Positions 1 through 11,878 of a DNA stretch of 64,000 bases are shown here, one piece after another (the stretch's first letter is position 1; each line of letters opens with the position of its first letter). Where the stretch lies: assembly GCF_044385915.1 (NCBI RefSeq), contig NZ_JBISCC010000113.1, positions 12,152 to 76,151 of the forward strand, read 5' to 3'. This DNA is from Thalassobellus citreus (GTDB lineage Bacteria; Bacteroidota; Bacteroidia; Flavobacteriales; Flavobacteriaceae). The position numbers and the translations under genes were made by a program. The notes under the pieces are model-generated. The model had not been told where the DNA came from. It made no database searches and worked only from the letters and a program-made list of their open reading frames with translations.

Positions 1-698
1 CAATATGTTGAATAAGCATCTTTATTAAAAAAGAGCATTCCTATAGATTCTTCCCCTTTAGGAATGGAACTTAAGGCAATATCATTTGCTTTATCACTTC
101 TAATAATGCCTTTATAGGGAATCTCTAAACTGTGATATAAATTGTTACAATCTTTTAGGTGTGCAATATTTGCGACACCACAGTTTTCTTGTTTTATATT
201 ATGATTACCTAAAAACACCTTTAAAGGTATCGATAACCCTTTTTCATACACAAAGCAAAAATCTAAAACCAATTTACGGTCTTTTTCTACTGGGTTCACA
301 ATTTTCTTTTCTAAACCTCTTGCTTTTTTTATTTGGGCATAGGCATAGTTTGCAAATGACTTTTCACATTGTTTAGATAAAAAATAGTCTAGTTTTATTT
401 CATCAAAAATAGGATGTTTATACAGCACACATTCCTCAGGTACATTTAACAGTTCTAATATATTAGGATTATTTTTTGAACACAAATCTATAAACTTACG
501 TAATTCATAATACACAATATCATTAGTTTCATTATTTACTTGGCCTATATAATCTAAAGAATAAAAGCTTTCTTTTGGAAGAATGAACACACCTCGTATA
601 TCTGTATCCGATTCTGGTGTGTCCAATCCGTAAGCTCTACTTCCGCTTATGCATTCAAAAATGATATGTCCAGATTTTTTTAGTTCTTCTATTGTCAT
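1..698 (-). CDS. Pol-beta superfamily nucleotidyltransferase, paralog of the next gene. Partial: the C-terminus runs off the window start. It is not in the ORF track because no stop lies inside the window.
   Basis: Reverse translation from ATG at 696-698 gives MTIEELKKSGHIIFECISGSRAYGLDTPESDTDIRGVF. This is a GS-x10-DxD minimal NTase motif. The reading frame stays open to position 1. The start overlaps the stop of the upstream gene (ATGA). Confidence 0.55.
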   Translation of the reverse strand, partial: MTIEELKKSGHIIFECISGSRAYGLDTPESDTDIRGVFILPKESFYSLDYIGQVNNETNDIVYYELRKFIDLCSKNNPNILELLNVPEECVLYKHPIFDEIKLDYFLSKQCEKSFANYAYAQIKKARGLEKKIVNPVEKDRKLVLDFCFVYEKGLSIPLKVFLGNHNIKQENCGVANIAHLKDCNNLYHSLEIPYKGIIRSDKANDIALSSIPKGEESIGMLFFNKDAYSTY

Positions 699-1441
699 AC
701 TATTGTTTTTAAAAAGAATTCATTAAACTCCTCTGGATTAGATTTTTTATTTACTAAATCATTTTTAACACGATTATTCTCTTTGGCAATTTGTTTTACC
801 AATTTAATTAAACTAGCATCAACGGGTTCATTACTTTTCTCGATATGTTTGCTTTTTAAGAGTATCAACTCATCTAAAGTTGAATGATAGGTCGCATCAA
901 TTAATGGGTATAATTCTCGAAACAAAACTGGAGGTATTGTATTTTTTTCATAAACCCATTTGGCACATAGAGCTGTTCGAATAGCATAAAAGAAACTTTT
1001 TAATGTCATTTTATCTGAACCTAATGTTTCTTCAAACCCTTTATTCATACTATGATAGTGATAAAACCCAGAAACAGGATTAAAGTTGTTTGCTGCCAAG
1101 GTTTTTATTTCATTCAAAAAAACTGCATTCTCTCTATAAACTATTGGCGAAAACAACCATCCTAAAAAAGAGGCATTAGATTTTGCTAACAGTTTAAGTG
1201 CTTTTTGAACGTCCCATCCAGAACCATCTAGATCGTCATCGGTCATGAACTGAATGGAATCTTTTTGTTCCCAAAGGTTTAAATACCAATTCTTTTTATG
1301 TTTATAAACAAAACGTATGTCGTAATCAGAATCTGGAGAAGCAAAGCCCCAAGCTCTACTTCCAGATTCTACAGCGAATAAGATTTCTATATTTCTATCT
1401 TGTTCTATTTGTTTTAACTTATTCAATATTTCTGCTTTCAT
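695..1441 (-). CDS. Pol-beta superfamily nucleotidyltransferase (predicted NTase, COG3541-like)
   Basis: GSRAWGFASPDSDYDIRF motif (hG[GS]-x9-13-DhD). Same family as the 1..698 ORF. The start overlaps the stop of cca at 1441/1446. Confidence 0.6.
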   Translation of the reverse strand: MKAEILNKLKQIEQDRNIEILFAVESGSRAWGFASPDSDYDIRFVYKHKKNWYLNLWEQKDSIQFMTDDDLDGSGWDVQKALKLLAKSNASFLGWLFSPIVYRENAVFLNEIKTLAANNFNPVSGFYHYHSMNKGFEETLGSDKMTLKSFFYAIRTALCAKWVYEKNTIPPVLFRELYPLIDATYHSTLDELILLKSKHIEKSNEPVDASLIKLVKQIAKENNRVKNDLVNKKSNPEEFNEFFLKTIV

Positions 1442-1445
1442 TGTT

Positions 1446-2825
1446 CTAATGTTTTTTTGTCTTAATACTTGTAATGATTTCTTCTCTACTAAGACCTTCT
1501 AATTGTTTTTCATAACATTCGTCCAAAATCTTTTTAAAGGCTTCGGAAGGTTTTAATCCTAAATCTATTAAATCTCTCCCCAAAACCAAAGGCTGTATTT
1601 TTTGTTCTCCAAATTTTTCAAATAATTCAAAACATTTTTCAGACACTTTATGCGTGTCTAAAAAAATATTCCTCCCTGTTCTTCCAGCAGAATCAGCCTT
1701 ACTTTGCCAACCCAAAACATCTAATCTACATTTGTTATGTAAACGTTTCCAAGCTACCTCTTTAGCTTGAGAATTGTACAATTGCCCAGGTCTCATGTGT
1801 AATCCAACAATAGTAGTGACATTATTAATCAATTTCTTATCATTTGTTATTCGGTTTAAAAACCTTTCTGAAATTTCAATTCCAGCAATATCATGCCCAT
1901 AAGATTTTAAATCTGGAGTTGTTGTCGATGGTTTTCCTACATCATGCAATAAAGCCCCAAACATATAGGCTAACCTCCACTCTTTAGGTATCAACTTCCT
2001 TAATTTTGCTGCATTATCCAACACCATACATGTGTGATTCCAAACATCTCCTTCAGGATGCCATTTGGGGTTTTGCAAACAACCAATAAGATCATTAAGT
2101 TCAGGGAAATGGATCAGCCAACCAGAGCTTTTTAAAAACTCTAATCCAATAGCTGGTTTGTCTGCCTTTAATAATAATTTTTCCCATTCTACAAAGATGC
2201 GTTCTTTTGGTAATTCTGAAAATGAATCAACCATAGACCTACATAACTCCATAGTTTCTTTAGCTACTTTTTTCCCTTTCCGAGGCAATAACTGCATAAT
2301 ACGCAATACACGTAATGGGTCTTCTATAAACGTCTTTTCATTTGTTGCTCTTATAATTCCTTTTTCCAGATCTTCTAATCCGTCATAAGGGTCTACAATA
2401 GTTCCATTATGCAAATCCTGATACATGCTATTAATCGTTAAATCCCTTCTTTTTCCGGCTTCTAAAGGTGTCATTTTTTCATTTAACACAATCTCGAACC
2501 CTTTGTGTCCTATCCCTATTTTATTTTCTCGCCTTGGTACAGATATATCTATTTCAAAATTATTTATTGTGGTTTTAATAACACCAAAAGATTTACCAAC
2601 TAAATTACAAGGCATGTTTAATGTCTCAATTAAAACAACCAACTTATTATAAGACAAACCATAAACTTCAATATCTATGTCTTTTATAGGTAAACAATTT
2701 ATACTGTCTATAACTGCACCTCCAATTAACATTGCATTTCCACCTTGTTCTTTTATTTCTAAAAGCAAAGTCTGAAATTCTTTTTCTTTAAAAACTATAT
2801 GTTTTAGGTTTTCTATACTTTTCAT
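1446..2825 (-). CDS. cca: CCA-adding tRNA nucleotidyltransferase with C-terminal HD phosphohydrolase domain
   Basis: Class II NTase head motifs GGAVIDS..DIDIEV and RRDLTINSM. HD motif LLHDVGK. Length 459 aa. Confidence 0.75.
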   Translation of the reverse strand: MKSIENLKHIVFKEKEFQTLLLEIKEQGGNAMLIGGAVIDSINCLPIKDIDIEVYGLSYNKLVVLIETLNMPCNLVGKSFGVIKTTINNFEIDISVPRRENKIGIGHKGFEIVLNEKMTPLEAGKRRDLTINSMYQDLHNGTIVDPYDGLEDLEKGIIRATNEKTFIEDPLRVLRIMQLLPRKGKKVAKETMELCRSMVDSFSELPKERIFVEWEKLLLKADKPAIGLEFLKSSGWLIHFPELNDLIGCLQNPKWHPEGDVWNHTCMVLDNAAKLRKLIPKEWRLAYMFGALLHDVGKPSTTTPDLKSYGHDIAGIEISERFLNRITNDKKLINNVTTIVGLHMRPGQLYNSQAKEVAWKRLHNKCRLDVLGWQSKADSAGRTGRNIFLDTHKVSEKCFELFEKFGEQKIQPLVLGRDLIDLGLKPSEAFKKILDECYEKQLEGLSREEIITSIKTKKH

Positions 2826-2881
2826 TATTCCAATTCACAATAAAGCAAGCTTTTATTAGTTCTAATCCTCTTTTACTAAAA

Positions 2882-4324
<1,443 letters not shown>

Positions 4325-4384
4325 CTACTTTCAAGCCTTTTCTAAAGACTTATTCATGATTCCGATGCAAATATTTAACCAATC

Positions 4385-4406
4385 TGCGCAATTATTTTGC
4401 GTAGTT
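4385..4406. promoter_or_regulatory. Palindromic operator (copy 1 of 4) overlapping the -33 region of the rtcB-1 promoter. Divergent to the HD/WYL operon.
   Basis: Reverse complement reads AACTACGCAAAATAATTGCGCAGATTGGTTAAATATTTG. It matches the cassette at 38953, 41212 and 43421, each followed 6-7 nt later by TAAATATTTG-like -7 box. Confidence 0.6.
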
Positions 4407-4442
4407 TAAAATAATCACTAAATTTCTCAAAAAATTATTTAG

Positions 4443-5060
4443 ATGGGTTTAAAAGAGAGGTTTTATCAAGTGCTTAGTTGTTGGATTGACAATGAAACTT
4501 TTATTGGGCAACAATGGGAAGAATTATCTGAAAAATACACACAATCTTTTAGAAAATACCATAATCTAAATCATCTACAAGAACTCTTCAAGTATTTTGA
4601 TGCGTATAAGAATGAATTAGAACACCCTAATGAGATGGCTTTCTCCATTTTCTATCATGATATTATTTATAGTATTTGGAGTAAGAAGAACGAATTGAAT
4701 AGCGCTAAATTGGCTACTGAGTATTTGTTGAATTCTGCTTTAGATGATAGTGGTATCGAGCGTGTTTTTAACCTAATTATGGTAACCAAAAACCATACGC
4801 CCAATAAAAATAAGGATGAAAAATGGATGATAGATTTTGACATTGGCATTCTTGGTCAACCATACGAAACTTATTTACAATATACACAGCATATCAGAGA
4901 TGAATATGCTGCTATTCCTAACTCCGTGTATAAAAAAGGCAGAAAAAAGGTATTGAGTCATTTTTTAAATAAAAGTAAAATATACCAAACGGATACCTTT
5001 TATAATTTATTTGAAATGAATGCTAGAAATAATATTAAAAAAGAACTTGACACCCTGTAA
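4443..5060 (+). CDS. HD-superfamily metal-dependent phosphohydrolase (COG4339-like)
   Basis: YHNLNHLQEL and FYHDIIY blocks typical of small HD proteins. The stop overlaps the start of the WYL gene (TAATG). Confidence 0.45.
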   Translation: MGLKERFYQVLSCWIDNETFIGQQWEELSEKYTQSFRKYHNLNHLQELFKYFDAYKNELEHPNEMAFSIFYHDIIYSIWSKKNELNSAKLATEYLLNSALDDSGIERVFNLIMVTKNHTPNKNKDEKWMIDFDIGILGQPYETYLQYTQHIRDEYAAIPNSVYKKGRKKVLSHFLNKSKIYQTDTFYNLFEMNARNNIKKELDTL

Positions 5061-6082
5061 TGGCATTAAATAAAAACGCATTAATACGTTATAAAACGAT
5101 AGATAAATGTCTACAAAACCATTACAAACAATGGACTTTAGATGATTTAATTGAAGCTTGTTCTGATGTTCTATATGAATATGAGGGAAGGGAGATTAAT
5201 GTTAGTAAACGCACTGTACAATTAGACATTCAAATGATGCGCAGCGATAAGCTTGGTTATAATGCTCCTATAATTGTTTATAATAAGAAGTTTTACAAAT
5301 ATGAAAATGAAGGTTATTCTATAACTGATATTCCTTTGAACGAAAATGACATGAATGTTCTTTCGGAAACTGTTGAGATGCTAAAACAGTTTAAAGATTT
5401 TTCTCTTTTTTCTGAATTAGGAGGCATTATACAGCGTTTGGAAGACAAGGTTTATACTGAAAAGACTCACCAGTCTGCCATCATTCATTTGGATAGGAAT
5501 GAAAAACTAAAGGGCTTGGAACATTTAGATATTTTATACCAGGCTATTATTAAAAAGATGGTTCTTAGGATTAGATACCAATCTTATAAGGCTAGAGAAG
5601 CTTCTGAAATTATTTTTCACCCTTTCATTTTAAAAGAATTTAATAATCGTTGGTTTTTAATAGGGAGACCAGGAGTAGAGGCGAAAAAGTCAATCGTTAC
5701 TTTTGCTTTAGATAGAATAGTTTCTATTGATTATGATACAACAATCACATACAAAAATGACAACTTCAATGGTGATAAATATTATAAAGATGTTATTGGG
5801 GTTACTGTTTCAAATATCCGCGCTGAACGCATCCAGTTTTGGGTTGACAAGAAAAATGCTCCGTATGTAATGACTAAGCCTTTTCACGATTCGCAAAGGG
5901 TCATAAAACAAACTGATGATGGTGTTATCTTCAATATTTTTGTGCAAATTAATTTTGAACTTGAGCGTATGATTTTAGGTTTTGGAGATTCTATTGAGGT
6001 TTTAAAGCCTAAAAAACTTAGGGGTAGGATGCAGCAAAAATTGGAAAAGGCTGCTGGTTTTTATCTGAAAGACCAGACTTAA
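5060..6082 (+). CDS. HTH-WYL-WCX transcriptional regulator (WYL-1)
   Basis: N-terminal wHTH. WYL-like core YQSYKAR..FHPFILKEFNNRWFLIGR. Paralog of the N-terminal 330 aa of ORF 37194..38915. Sits beside the RNA-repair operon. Confidence 0.7.
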   Translation: MALNKNALIRYKTIDKCLQNHYKQWTLDDLIEACSDVLYEYEGREINVSKRTVQLDIQMMRSDKLGYNAPIIVYNKKFYKYENEGYSITDIPLNENDMNVLSETVEMLKQFKDFSLFSELGGIIQRLEDKVYTEKTHQSAIIHLDRNEKLKGLEHLDILYQAIIKKMVLRIRYQSYKAREASEIIFHPFILKEFNNRWFLIGRPGVEAKKSIVTFALDRIVSIDYDTTITYKNDNFNGDKYYKDVIGVTVSNIRAERIQFWVDKKNAPYVMTKPFHDSQRVIKQTDDGVIFNIFVQINFELERMILGFGDSIEVLKPKKLRGRMQQKLEKAAGFYLKDQT

Positions 6083-6104
6083 TTATCTCAAAAATTATTT
6101 ATAA

Positions 6105-6746
6105 TTAAAATACATTTATTTTCAATCGTTCACAAACACTTTTATCAATTGGAAGGTAAGGACGTTCTTGAGGAATCATCAATTTATCTAATTCATTATT
6201 AAGAACATGTTGATACTGTTCGTTTACAAATCCTGAAATATCTTCAATTTCTAATATATCTTCTTTAGCATATTTCTCGATATCTTGATTTCTAATTCCA
6301 AGTTGAATAGCTCTTCTATCCAATTTCGCACCATAAGGGTCATGATCTGGATCCCATTGTAATCGGATATTTGATTTTTTTACGGCATTTTGCCAATCTT
6401 CTCTATCCTTATATATACCATCTTGATAACTTGAATACACAGCATCATTTAAATAACGTTCAAATACTTCACGTTTTAAATGAATAGCCAATACAACTTC
6501 TTGACCTTCTTTTGTCCCCCACCCATTACGATACATCATCCATAGGAAATTTGGTTTTATCCAAGTCATTCTATTCAGGCTAAAAGCGCCTCCAAAAAAC
6601 TGATTCTTTGCTGCAAATTGACCTATTTCTAGCCTATAAGATTGATATACGATTACTTTTTCCTCATCAAACTGCGCCATAATATGGCGTCCTGTTTCTG
6701 GCCATTCTTTTAATTGCTCTTTATATAATTTTGTTATTAGTTTCAT
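6105..6746 (-). CDS. Conserved hypothetical protein, DUF4291-like. Last gene of the ADP-ribose operon.
   Basis: RMTWIKPNFLWMMYRNGW block. Overlaps the ARH gene. Confidence 0.4.
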   Translation of the reverse strand: MKLITKLYKEQLKEWPETGRHIMAQFDEEKVIVYQSYRLEIGQFAAKNQFFGGAFSLNRMTWIKPNFLWMMYRNGWGTKEGQEVVLAIHLKREVFERYLNDAVYSSYQDGIYKDREDWQNAVKKSNIRLQWDPDHDPYGAKLDRRAIQLGIRNQDIEKYAKEDILEIEDISGFVNEQYQHVLNNELDKLMIPQERPYLPIDKSVCERLKINVF

Positions 6747-7689
6747 TTTTTAATGATTTATTAAATTTTAAAATTAAACCTTCAATATCCTTTCGTCTTA
6801 CTACCTTGTCTCTCCATTCCATTGGGATACTATCCAATCCATAATAAATCCCTGCTAATCCTCCAGTAATTGCAGCTGTAGTATCAGTATCCTCTCCAAG
6901 ATTTACAGCACTAATAACAGCATCTTCATAAGTATTTGTGTTCATAAAACACCAAAGTGATGCCTTTAAAGAATTCACAACATACCCACTTCCAGAAATA
7001 CGCTTTTCATCAATTTTATAAATATCTTCTTGAAGTACATCAAAATAGAACCCTAGTTCTTTTGGGTTTAAATCTTTGGTCTCCAAAAAAGCATTTACTT
7101 TATCTTTAATTACGTGATATGCTTTAATTTTATCACTACTGTTTAACAATTCTAAGCCATATTCCACATAGATAAAACAGGCTAATACTGATCGTAAATG
7201 AGCATGAGTTAAAGATGAAACGTCCTTAATTATTTGATAGCGTTCTTCAATATTATCAGTATTTTTAAGAAAAAAAACGAGTGGTAATATTCGCATTAAA
7301 GAACCATTGCCATTTGAATACTCGTCCATACCTCCACAAATCTCAGGTGTATGCCCTTCTTTCATATAAAATATAGACTGCCTTGTTGTTACACCAATAT
7401 CAAAGACTACTCCATGCGGTGTCCAATAAGATTCATCATACCATGCGATAAATTTATCAGCAATATTTTTCGTGTTAAAACCATCTAATAAGCCTTCCAT
7501 TAAACAGAATGTTAGAGAACTATCATCTGACCAAGTCCCTACAGGTTGTCTATGAGTTCCATACCCAACCATCGTTTCGGCTGGATTCCTTTTCATTTCA
7601 TCTTTAGACAAAAATTCAAAAGGTACCCCTAATGCATCTCCAACTGCCACTCCCATAATTCCACTTCGTATTTTTTCTAACAAACTCAT
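6721..7689 (-). CDS. ADP-ribosylglycohydrolase (ARH/DraG family)
   Basis: N-terminal GVAVGDALGVPFEF motif. Length 322 aa. Confidence 0.8.
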   Translation of the reverse strand: MSLLEKIRSGIMGVAVGDALGVPFEFLSKDEMKRNPAETMVGYGTHRQPVGTWSDDSSLTFCLMEGLLDGFNTKNIADKFIAWYDESYWTPHGVVFDIGVTTRQSIFYMKEGHTPEICGGMDEYSNGNGSLMRILPLVFFLKNTDNIEERYQIIKDVSSLTHAHLRSVLACFIYVEYGLELLNSSDKIKAYHVIKDKVNAFLETKDLNPKELGFYFDVLQEDIYKIDEKRISGSGYVVNSLKASLWCFMNTNTYEDAVISAVNLGEDTDTTAAITGGLAGIYYGLDSIPMEWRDKVVRRKDIEGLILKFNKSLKNETNNKII

Positions 7690-8108
7690 GCTTTCTTTAC
7701 TTCAGCTTTTTCAATAATTTCATTTATAACCTTGTCATTTGATCTTTGAAATTGGTTTCCTAAAAAGGTCTTTGTTACCTCTATTTTTCCCTCTATCTGA
7801 TTATTGAATAATTCCATTTCTTCTGAAGGCACCCATAATTCATTATGAATTTCACCACCTACATTTCTAACTTCAAACTTTTTAATGTACTCCGTATTCA
7901 CTTTGAATGCAGTGACAAAACCAGAATATCCAGAAAACTCATCTCCTGTATTCCATTTTAAAGCAATTTCAGAAGCATAATCTTCATTCATCACAGGATA
8001 AAAGATAGGCTGCCAATTTAACCTTGGTGGAAATTTAGAAAAACCACTTTCAATTATAAGTTCTAATTCTTTCAACCCAATCGGCCTATATAATATTATT
8101 GTTTTCAT
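7686..8108 (-). CDS. Hypothetical protein in the ADP-ribose operon
   Basis: ORF translationally coupled to both neighbours by 4-nt overlaps. No recognised motif. Confidence 0.45.
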   Translation of the reverse strand: MKTIILYRPIGLKELELIIESGFSKFPPRLNWQPIFYPVMNEDYASEIALKWNTGDEFSGYSGFVTAFKVNTEYIKKFEVRNVGGEIHNELWVPSEEMELFNNQIEGKIEVTKTFLGNQFQRSNDKVINEIIEKAEVKKA

Positions 8109-8617
8109 TGTTTTAATAATTTATCATACAACTCATAATTCTCCAGATCAAAACAAACAAAAGAAACTTCTTCAACTGTCTTTTGATTTTTAAAATTTTT
8201 AATAGTATCAATCGCTATTTGAGCTGCTAAATCTTTTGGGAATTTGTAAATCCCCGTACTTATATTTGGAAATGCAATACTTCTAACATTGTTTTCAATT
8301 GCTAAGATCATTGTGTTTTTATAACAATCACTTAAAAGCTTTTCTTTTTCACCTCCTCCTTGATTCCAAACTGGGCCAACTGTGTGAATTACAGATCTAG
8401 CATCTAAGTTTCCCGCTGTTGTTATAACTGCTTCTCCAACATTACATTTTCCTTGCTTGGCTCTAATTTCTTGACAGGCTTTCAGGATTTCTACACCTCC
8501 TTTTCTATGAATAACACCATCAACTCCTGAACCACCTAACAATGAAGAGTTCGCTGCATTCACGATAGCATCAACTTTTATTGATGTTATATCTGATTGT
8601 ATGACTCTTATTTCCAT
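8105..8617 (-). CDS. Macro domain protein (YmdB/MacroD-like O-acetyl-ADP-ribose deacetylase)
   Basis: [27 protein letters not shown] macro signature. Confidence 0.85.
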   Translation of the reverse strand: MEIRVIQSDITSIKVDAIVNAANSSLLGGSGVDGVIHRKGGVEILKACQEIRAKQGKCNVGEAVITTAGNLDARSVIHTVGPVWNQGGGEKEKLLSDCYKNTMILAIENNVRSIAFPNISTGIYKFPKDLAAQIAIDTIKNFKNQKTVEEVSFVCFDLENYELYDKLLKQ

Positions 8618-8620
8618 TTT

Positions 8621-9097
8621 TTATTCAAAATCGTAAACATAAACCTCTAGATCACCATTTGATAAGGTTTCAAGTATTATAGGTTCTATTTCTTCCCATT
8701 TCCCACCTGCTAAACCACAGCCAATTCTTGGCATATGAATACTTGCACTTAGTTTTTTTGCTTCAATTGCGATTTCACTTAAACAAGACTTAACCGCATC
8801 ATATCTAATTGGTGCTATTTTATTTACTCGTTTTAATCCTTTCTGAGCAACCATATTTCCAACAAAAACATCTTCAGACACTTGAATTAACTGGGTAGCT
8901 CCTAAAGCAAAATTATTATCAGCTTTATTTTTATACCACTGTCTATATGCCTTTTCAGGCTCTGGCCATTTCTTTGAAATTGCTAATACAAATCCTTTAC
9001 CCCAACCACCCAAATCATTACAGATATGGACAATTATTTTGTTTCCTTCAACTTGTGGAGCCGTAGCATCTCCTTTTAAATATGTTATAGTTTTCAT
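8621..9097 (-). CDS. Second, divergent macro-like domain protein
   Basis: IIVHICNDLGGWGKGFV and HMPRIGCGLAGGKWEE blocks resemble phage-type macro domains. Confidence 0.5.
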   Translation of the reverse strand: MKTITYLKGDATAPQVEGNKIIVHICNDLGGWGKGFVLAISKKWPEPEKAYRQWYKNKADNNFALGATQLIQVSEDVFVGNMVAQKGLKRVNKIAPIRYDAVKSCLSEIAIEAKKLSASIHMPRIGCGLAGGKWEEIEPIILETLSNGDLEVYVYDFE

Positions 9098-9098
9098 T

Positions 9099-10022
9099 TT
9101 ATATTATCAAATTTGCTTTCTCGTCTGCAATACCTATTTCAACATAGCTTCCAGAATTGAAATTTAAAAAATCAGATTCTATACCATCACTAAAAATAAC
9201 ACCTTTTGATGGCATATTAGATTCAACTTTTAATGTTTGTTTTTTTGTTATTATTCCAAAACCTATACTCGCTTGAGTAACCTTGCTTAAAAAAGGTTCC
9301 CTAACTACAAATACAAGTTTTTCATCTTCCCAACGGATTAATGATTGTTCACTTCTTTCTTTGTTAGATTGAATTTTATTAATATTATTCGCCATATTAA
9401 ATATAGAACTTAACCAACCAGTAGCGCCTGCACCAGTAGAAATTATAATTCCACTAGACGAATGCTTTTCTCTTTTACCTTTAAATTCAATATCATATCT
9501 TGAAGAAACATGAGAGTCTGCCCCTATATAAAAATCATTAAAGGCTAATAAGGTTTGTCCATCATTTAATTGCGCTTTTGCCATGGTAACCTGCTTAGTT
9601 TTATAATCTCCTTTAAGAACATTTTTAATAACAACATCTAATTCATCTGAGGTATGCTTTAATAAAACACCATCATAACGTTCTTTATCTGGATTTACAC
9701 CTATAATAGACAAACCTTTAACGTACTTAGCTGTATTTGCAACCAATCCATCTTGCCCAATAACCACTATTAAATCCTTCTCTGTAAAAATATATGTTGG
9801 TAAAAACGAACGATTAATAACTTTATACTTTAATTGCTTCGAAATAGTGTCTTGAATTTTAGACAATGATTTATAAAACGTATCATTTTCAAGCTCATAG
9901 TATCCAAAATCTCCTTCAGATTTTTCAATATAAAACTTGGCTTGAGCTTTTGAGTTAAACCTTTCTATTAGTAACTCTAGCCTTGTTTTGTCTCTTATTA
10001 TGATGACTCTTTCAAACTCCAT
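9099..10022 (-). CDS. NAD kinase-like (ATP-NAD kinase / DAGK fold) protein
   Basis: VVIGQDGLV..IIGVN (GGDG-like) and ISTGAGATGWLSS (NADK TPTGSTAYS-like) blocks. Confidence 0.5.
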   Translation of the reverse strand: MEFERVIIIRDKTRLELLIERFNSKAQAKFYIEKSEGDFGYYELENDTFYKSLSKIQDTISKQLKYKVINRSFLPTYIFTEKDLIVVIGQDGLVANTAKYVKGLSIIGVNPDKERYDGVLLKHTSDELDVVIKNVLKGDYKTKQVTMAKAQLNDGQTLLAFNDFYIGADSHVSSRYDIEFKGKREKHSSSGIIISTGAGATGWLSSIFNMANNINKIQSNKERSEQSLIRWEDEKLVFVVREPFLSKVTQASIGFGIITKKQTLKVESNMPSKGVIFSDGIESDFLNFNSGSYVEIGIADEKANLII

Positions 10023-10027
10023 TTTAT

Positions 10028-11083
10028 TTATGATTTACTTCTTACAATAGAATCTAATAATTCTGGAGAAATATTTAAATTACCTATTTTATCTGCATTT
10101 TCAGCTAGTTCTCTAAAAGCTAAAGCGATATTATTACTTGGGTCATTTCCATTATTACTTATAGCCATGAGCGTTTTCCAATCCAATTCTTTATATGGTT
10201 TTAAATTCGCATTTAGAACATATTCTTTCACATCTGCTTCTTTCTTCTCATTAGTTACTTGAATATCGATAAGCTCTTTTTTCTGTTCCTCAAGAGAAAT
10301 ACTAGAAGTCATTTCCATTTGTTTTAACTTCTGAACATTCTGCTGCTTAACAACATCTGTTTCCATTTTCTTTTCAACGATTTGTTTTTGCTTTTCCTCA
10401 ACAGCAATCTCTGTATTCAATTCACTTTCCTTAATCATACGTTCTTGCTCTACAGCAAAATTTCTACGTTCATAAACAGCTTGATCGGCTTCCTTTTGAA
10501 GAGATTCTCGCATATGAGTTTCTAAAGCACGAGCCATTTCTGGATTAGGTGTAACCCCAAGCACATTAACGCTTAATATTTCTAACCCAAGCATTTGAAC
10601 AGTCTTTGATTTTTGAACATTATTAAAAATCTCTGCCTCAATATCTTCTAACCTCCTCAAAGCTTCCTTCAAACTTAAACACTGAATAATAGATGCACTA
10701 GCAGTTTGAGCTTCATTGATTATTCGTTGCTGAATTTTTTCGTAATCATGTTTCAAATACTGTTTCTTATTATTTACAGTAAAATCTAAAGCTTCAGCAA
10801 GTTGCTTTGGGTTTTCAATCTTATAAGTGACTTGTCCTTGTAAAGTAACTTCTTGATAATCTTTTGTCGTTTCATTGAATACAAATTGAAAATCATTACT
10901 CTGAACTGGAATAGAAACAATTGATGAATTTGGAGAAAAATAAAAGAATGATAAACCTCTGCCTTCTTTCTTGATTTTCCCACCTTTATAATGAATAACG
11001 TAATTCATTGAGTCGAATTTGATATAATTTATTCCTAACATAACTTTGAGTTTTAAATTAGTATTTGCGTAATTATAACACAA
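10028..11083 (-). CDS. SPFH/band-7 domain protein (copy 1) with coiled-coil C-terminus. Likely true start at 11041.
   Basis: MLGINYIKF..HYKGGKIKKEGRGLSFFYF SPFH N-terminus. Long Glu/Lys/Gln-rich helix. Confidence 0.65.
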   Translation of the reverse strand: MCYNYANTNLKLKVMLGINYIKFDSMNYVIHYKGGKIKKEGRGLSFFYFSPNSSIVSIPVQSNDFQFVFNETTKDYQEVTLQGQVTYKIENPKQLAEALDFTVNNKKQYLKHDYEKIQQRIINEAQTASASIIQCLSLKEALRRLEDIEAEIFNNVQKSKTVQMLGLEILSVNVLGVTPNPEMARALETHMRESLQKEADQAVYERRNFAVEQERMIKESELNTEIAVEEKQKQIVEKKMETDVVKQQNVQKLKQMEMTSSISLEEQKKELIDIQVTNEKKEADVKEYVLNANLKPYKELDWKTLMAISNNGNDPSNNIALAFRELAENADKIGNLNISPELLDSIVRSKS

Positions 11084-11165
11084 ATGTAAATAGGAATATT
11101 AAATTCACCAAATATGTTTTGTGTTTTTTTTACGCAAATATATTATTAATCTAATATTCAATAAG

Positions 11166-11843
11166 TTATATTTCAAAAATTATCCCTTCCTTTTTAAGTT
11201 GGAAGTAGCGTTTTTGGTTAAATTGGAATAAATTGGCTGGTCTTCCCGAACCTTTTGATACTTTTTCGTCGAGTTCATCAAGTACATTAAGGCCAATGAT
11301 TTTCTTTCTAAAATTGCGCCTGTCAATTTCTCTGCCTAATAGGGTAGTGTATAATTTTTCTAAATCTGAAAAAGGGAATTTCTTATCGAGTAATTCAAAA
11401 CCAATAGGTTCATAAGTGATTTTTCCTTGTAACCTCTTAATGGCTATTTCAAGGATCTCTTGATGATCAAAAGAGAGTTCTTGTAATTCATCAATATTAA
11501 ACCATTGTACTTCAGCTGCATCAGTAGAAGCAAATATTTTAAATGTGTTCGGTCTTATTAGTCCAAAATAAGCTATAGAAACAACTCTTCCTCTTGGATC
11601 TCTATATGGATTTCCAAAGGTATATAATTGCTCAAGGTAATTAATCTTTACTCCTGTTTCTTCTTGTAATTCTCTCTGAACTGCTTCTTCTAAGGATTCA
11701 TCATTTAATACAAATCCACCTGGGATAGCCCATTTATCTTTGAACGGTTCATACTTTCGTTTTATAAGTAATACTGATATTTTGCCCTCTTCGTAACCAA
11801 ACACGACGGCATCAACGGATAGTTTAATGGATTGATTATTCAT
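11166..11843 (-). CDS. NrtR-like regulator: Nudix hydrolase domain plus C-terminal winged helix
   Basis: Nudix box GGFVLNDESLEEAVQRELQEETGV. C-terminal NFRKKIIGL..GSGRPANLFQF resembles the NrtR DNA-binding domain. Length 225 aa. Confidence 0.6.
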   Translation of the reverse strand: MNNQSIKLSVDAVVFGYEEGKISVLLIKRKYEPFKDKWAIPGGFVLNDESLEEAVQRELQEETGVKINYLEQLYTFGNPYRDPRGRVVSIAYFGLIRPNTFKIFASTDAAEVQWFNIDELQELSFDHQEILEIAIKRLQGKITYEPIGFELLDKKFPFSDLEKLYTTLLGREIDRRNFRKKIIGLNVLDELDEKVSKGSGRPANLFQFNQKRYFQLKKEGIIFEI

Positions 11844-11845
11844 AT

Positions 11846-11862
11846 GCGTAATTTATACGCAA
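11846..11862. promoter_or_regulatory. Palindrome TGCGTA-N5-TACGCA abutting the NrtR-like gene start
   Basis: tgcgtaatttatacgca. It shares the TACGCAAAA half-site with the four-copy cassette but in everted orientation. Confidence 0.35.
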
Positions 11863-11878
11863 AAATACAAAATTTAAC

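Noticed and set aside
161-376. 71-aa plus-strand ORF at the window start
   Set aside because: Lies wholly inside the much longer minus-strand nucleotidyltransferase reading frame (1..698). Low-complexity hydrophobic translation. Likely antisense artefact.
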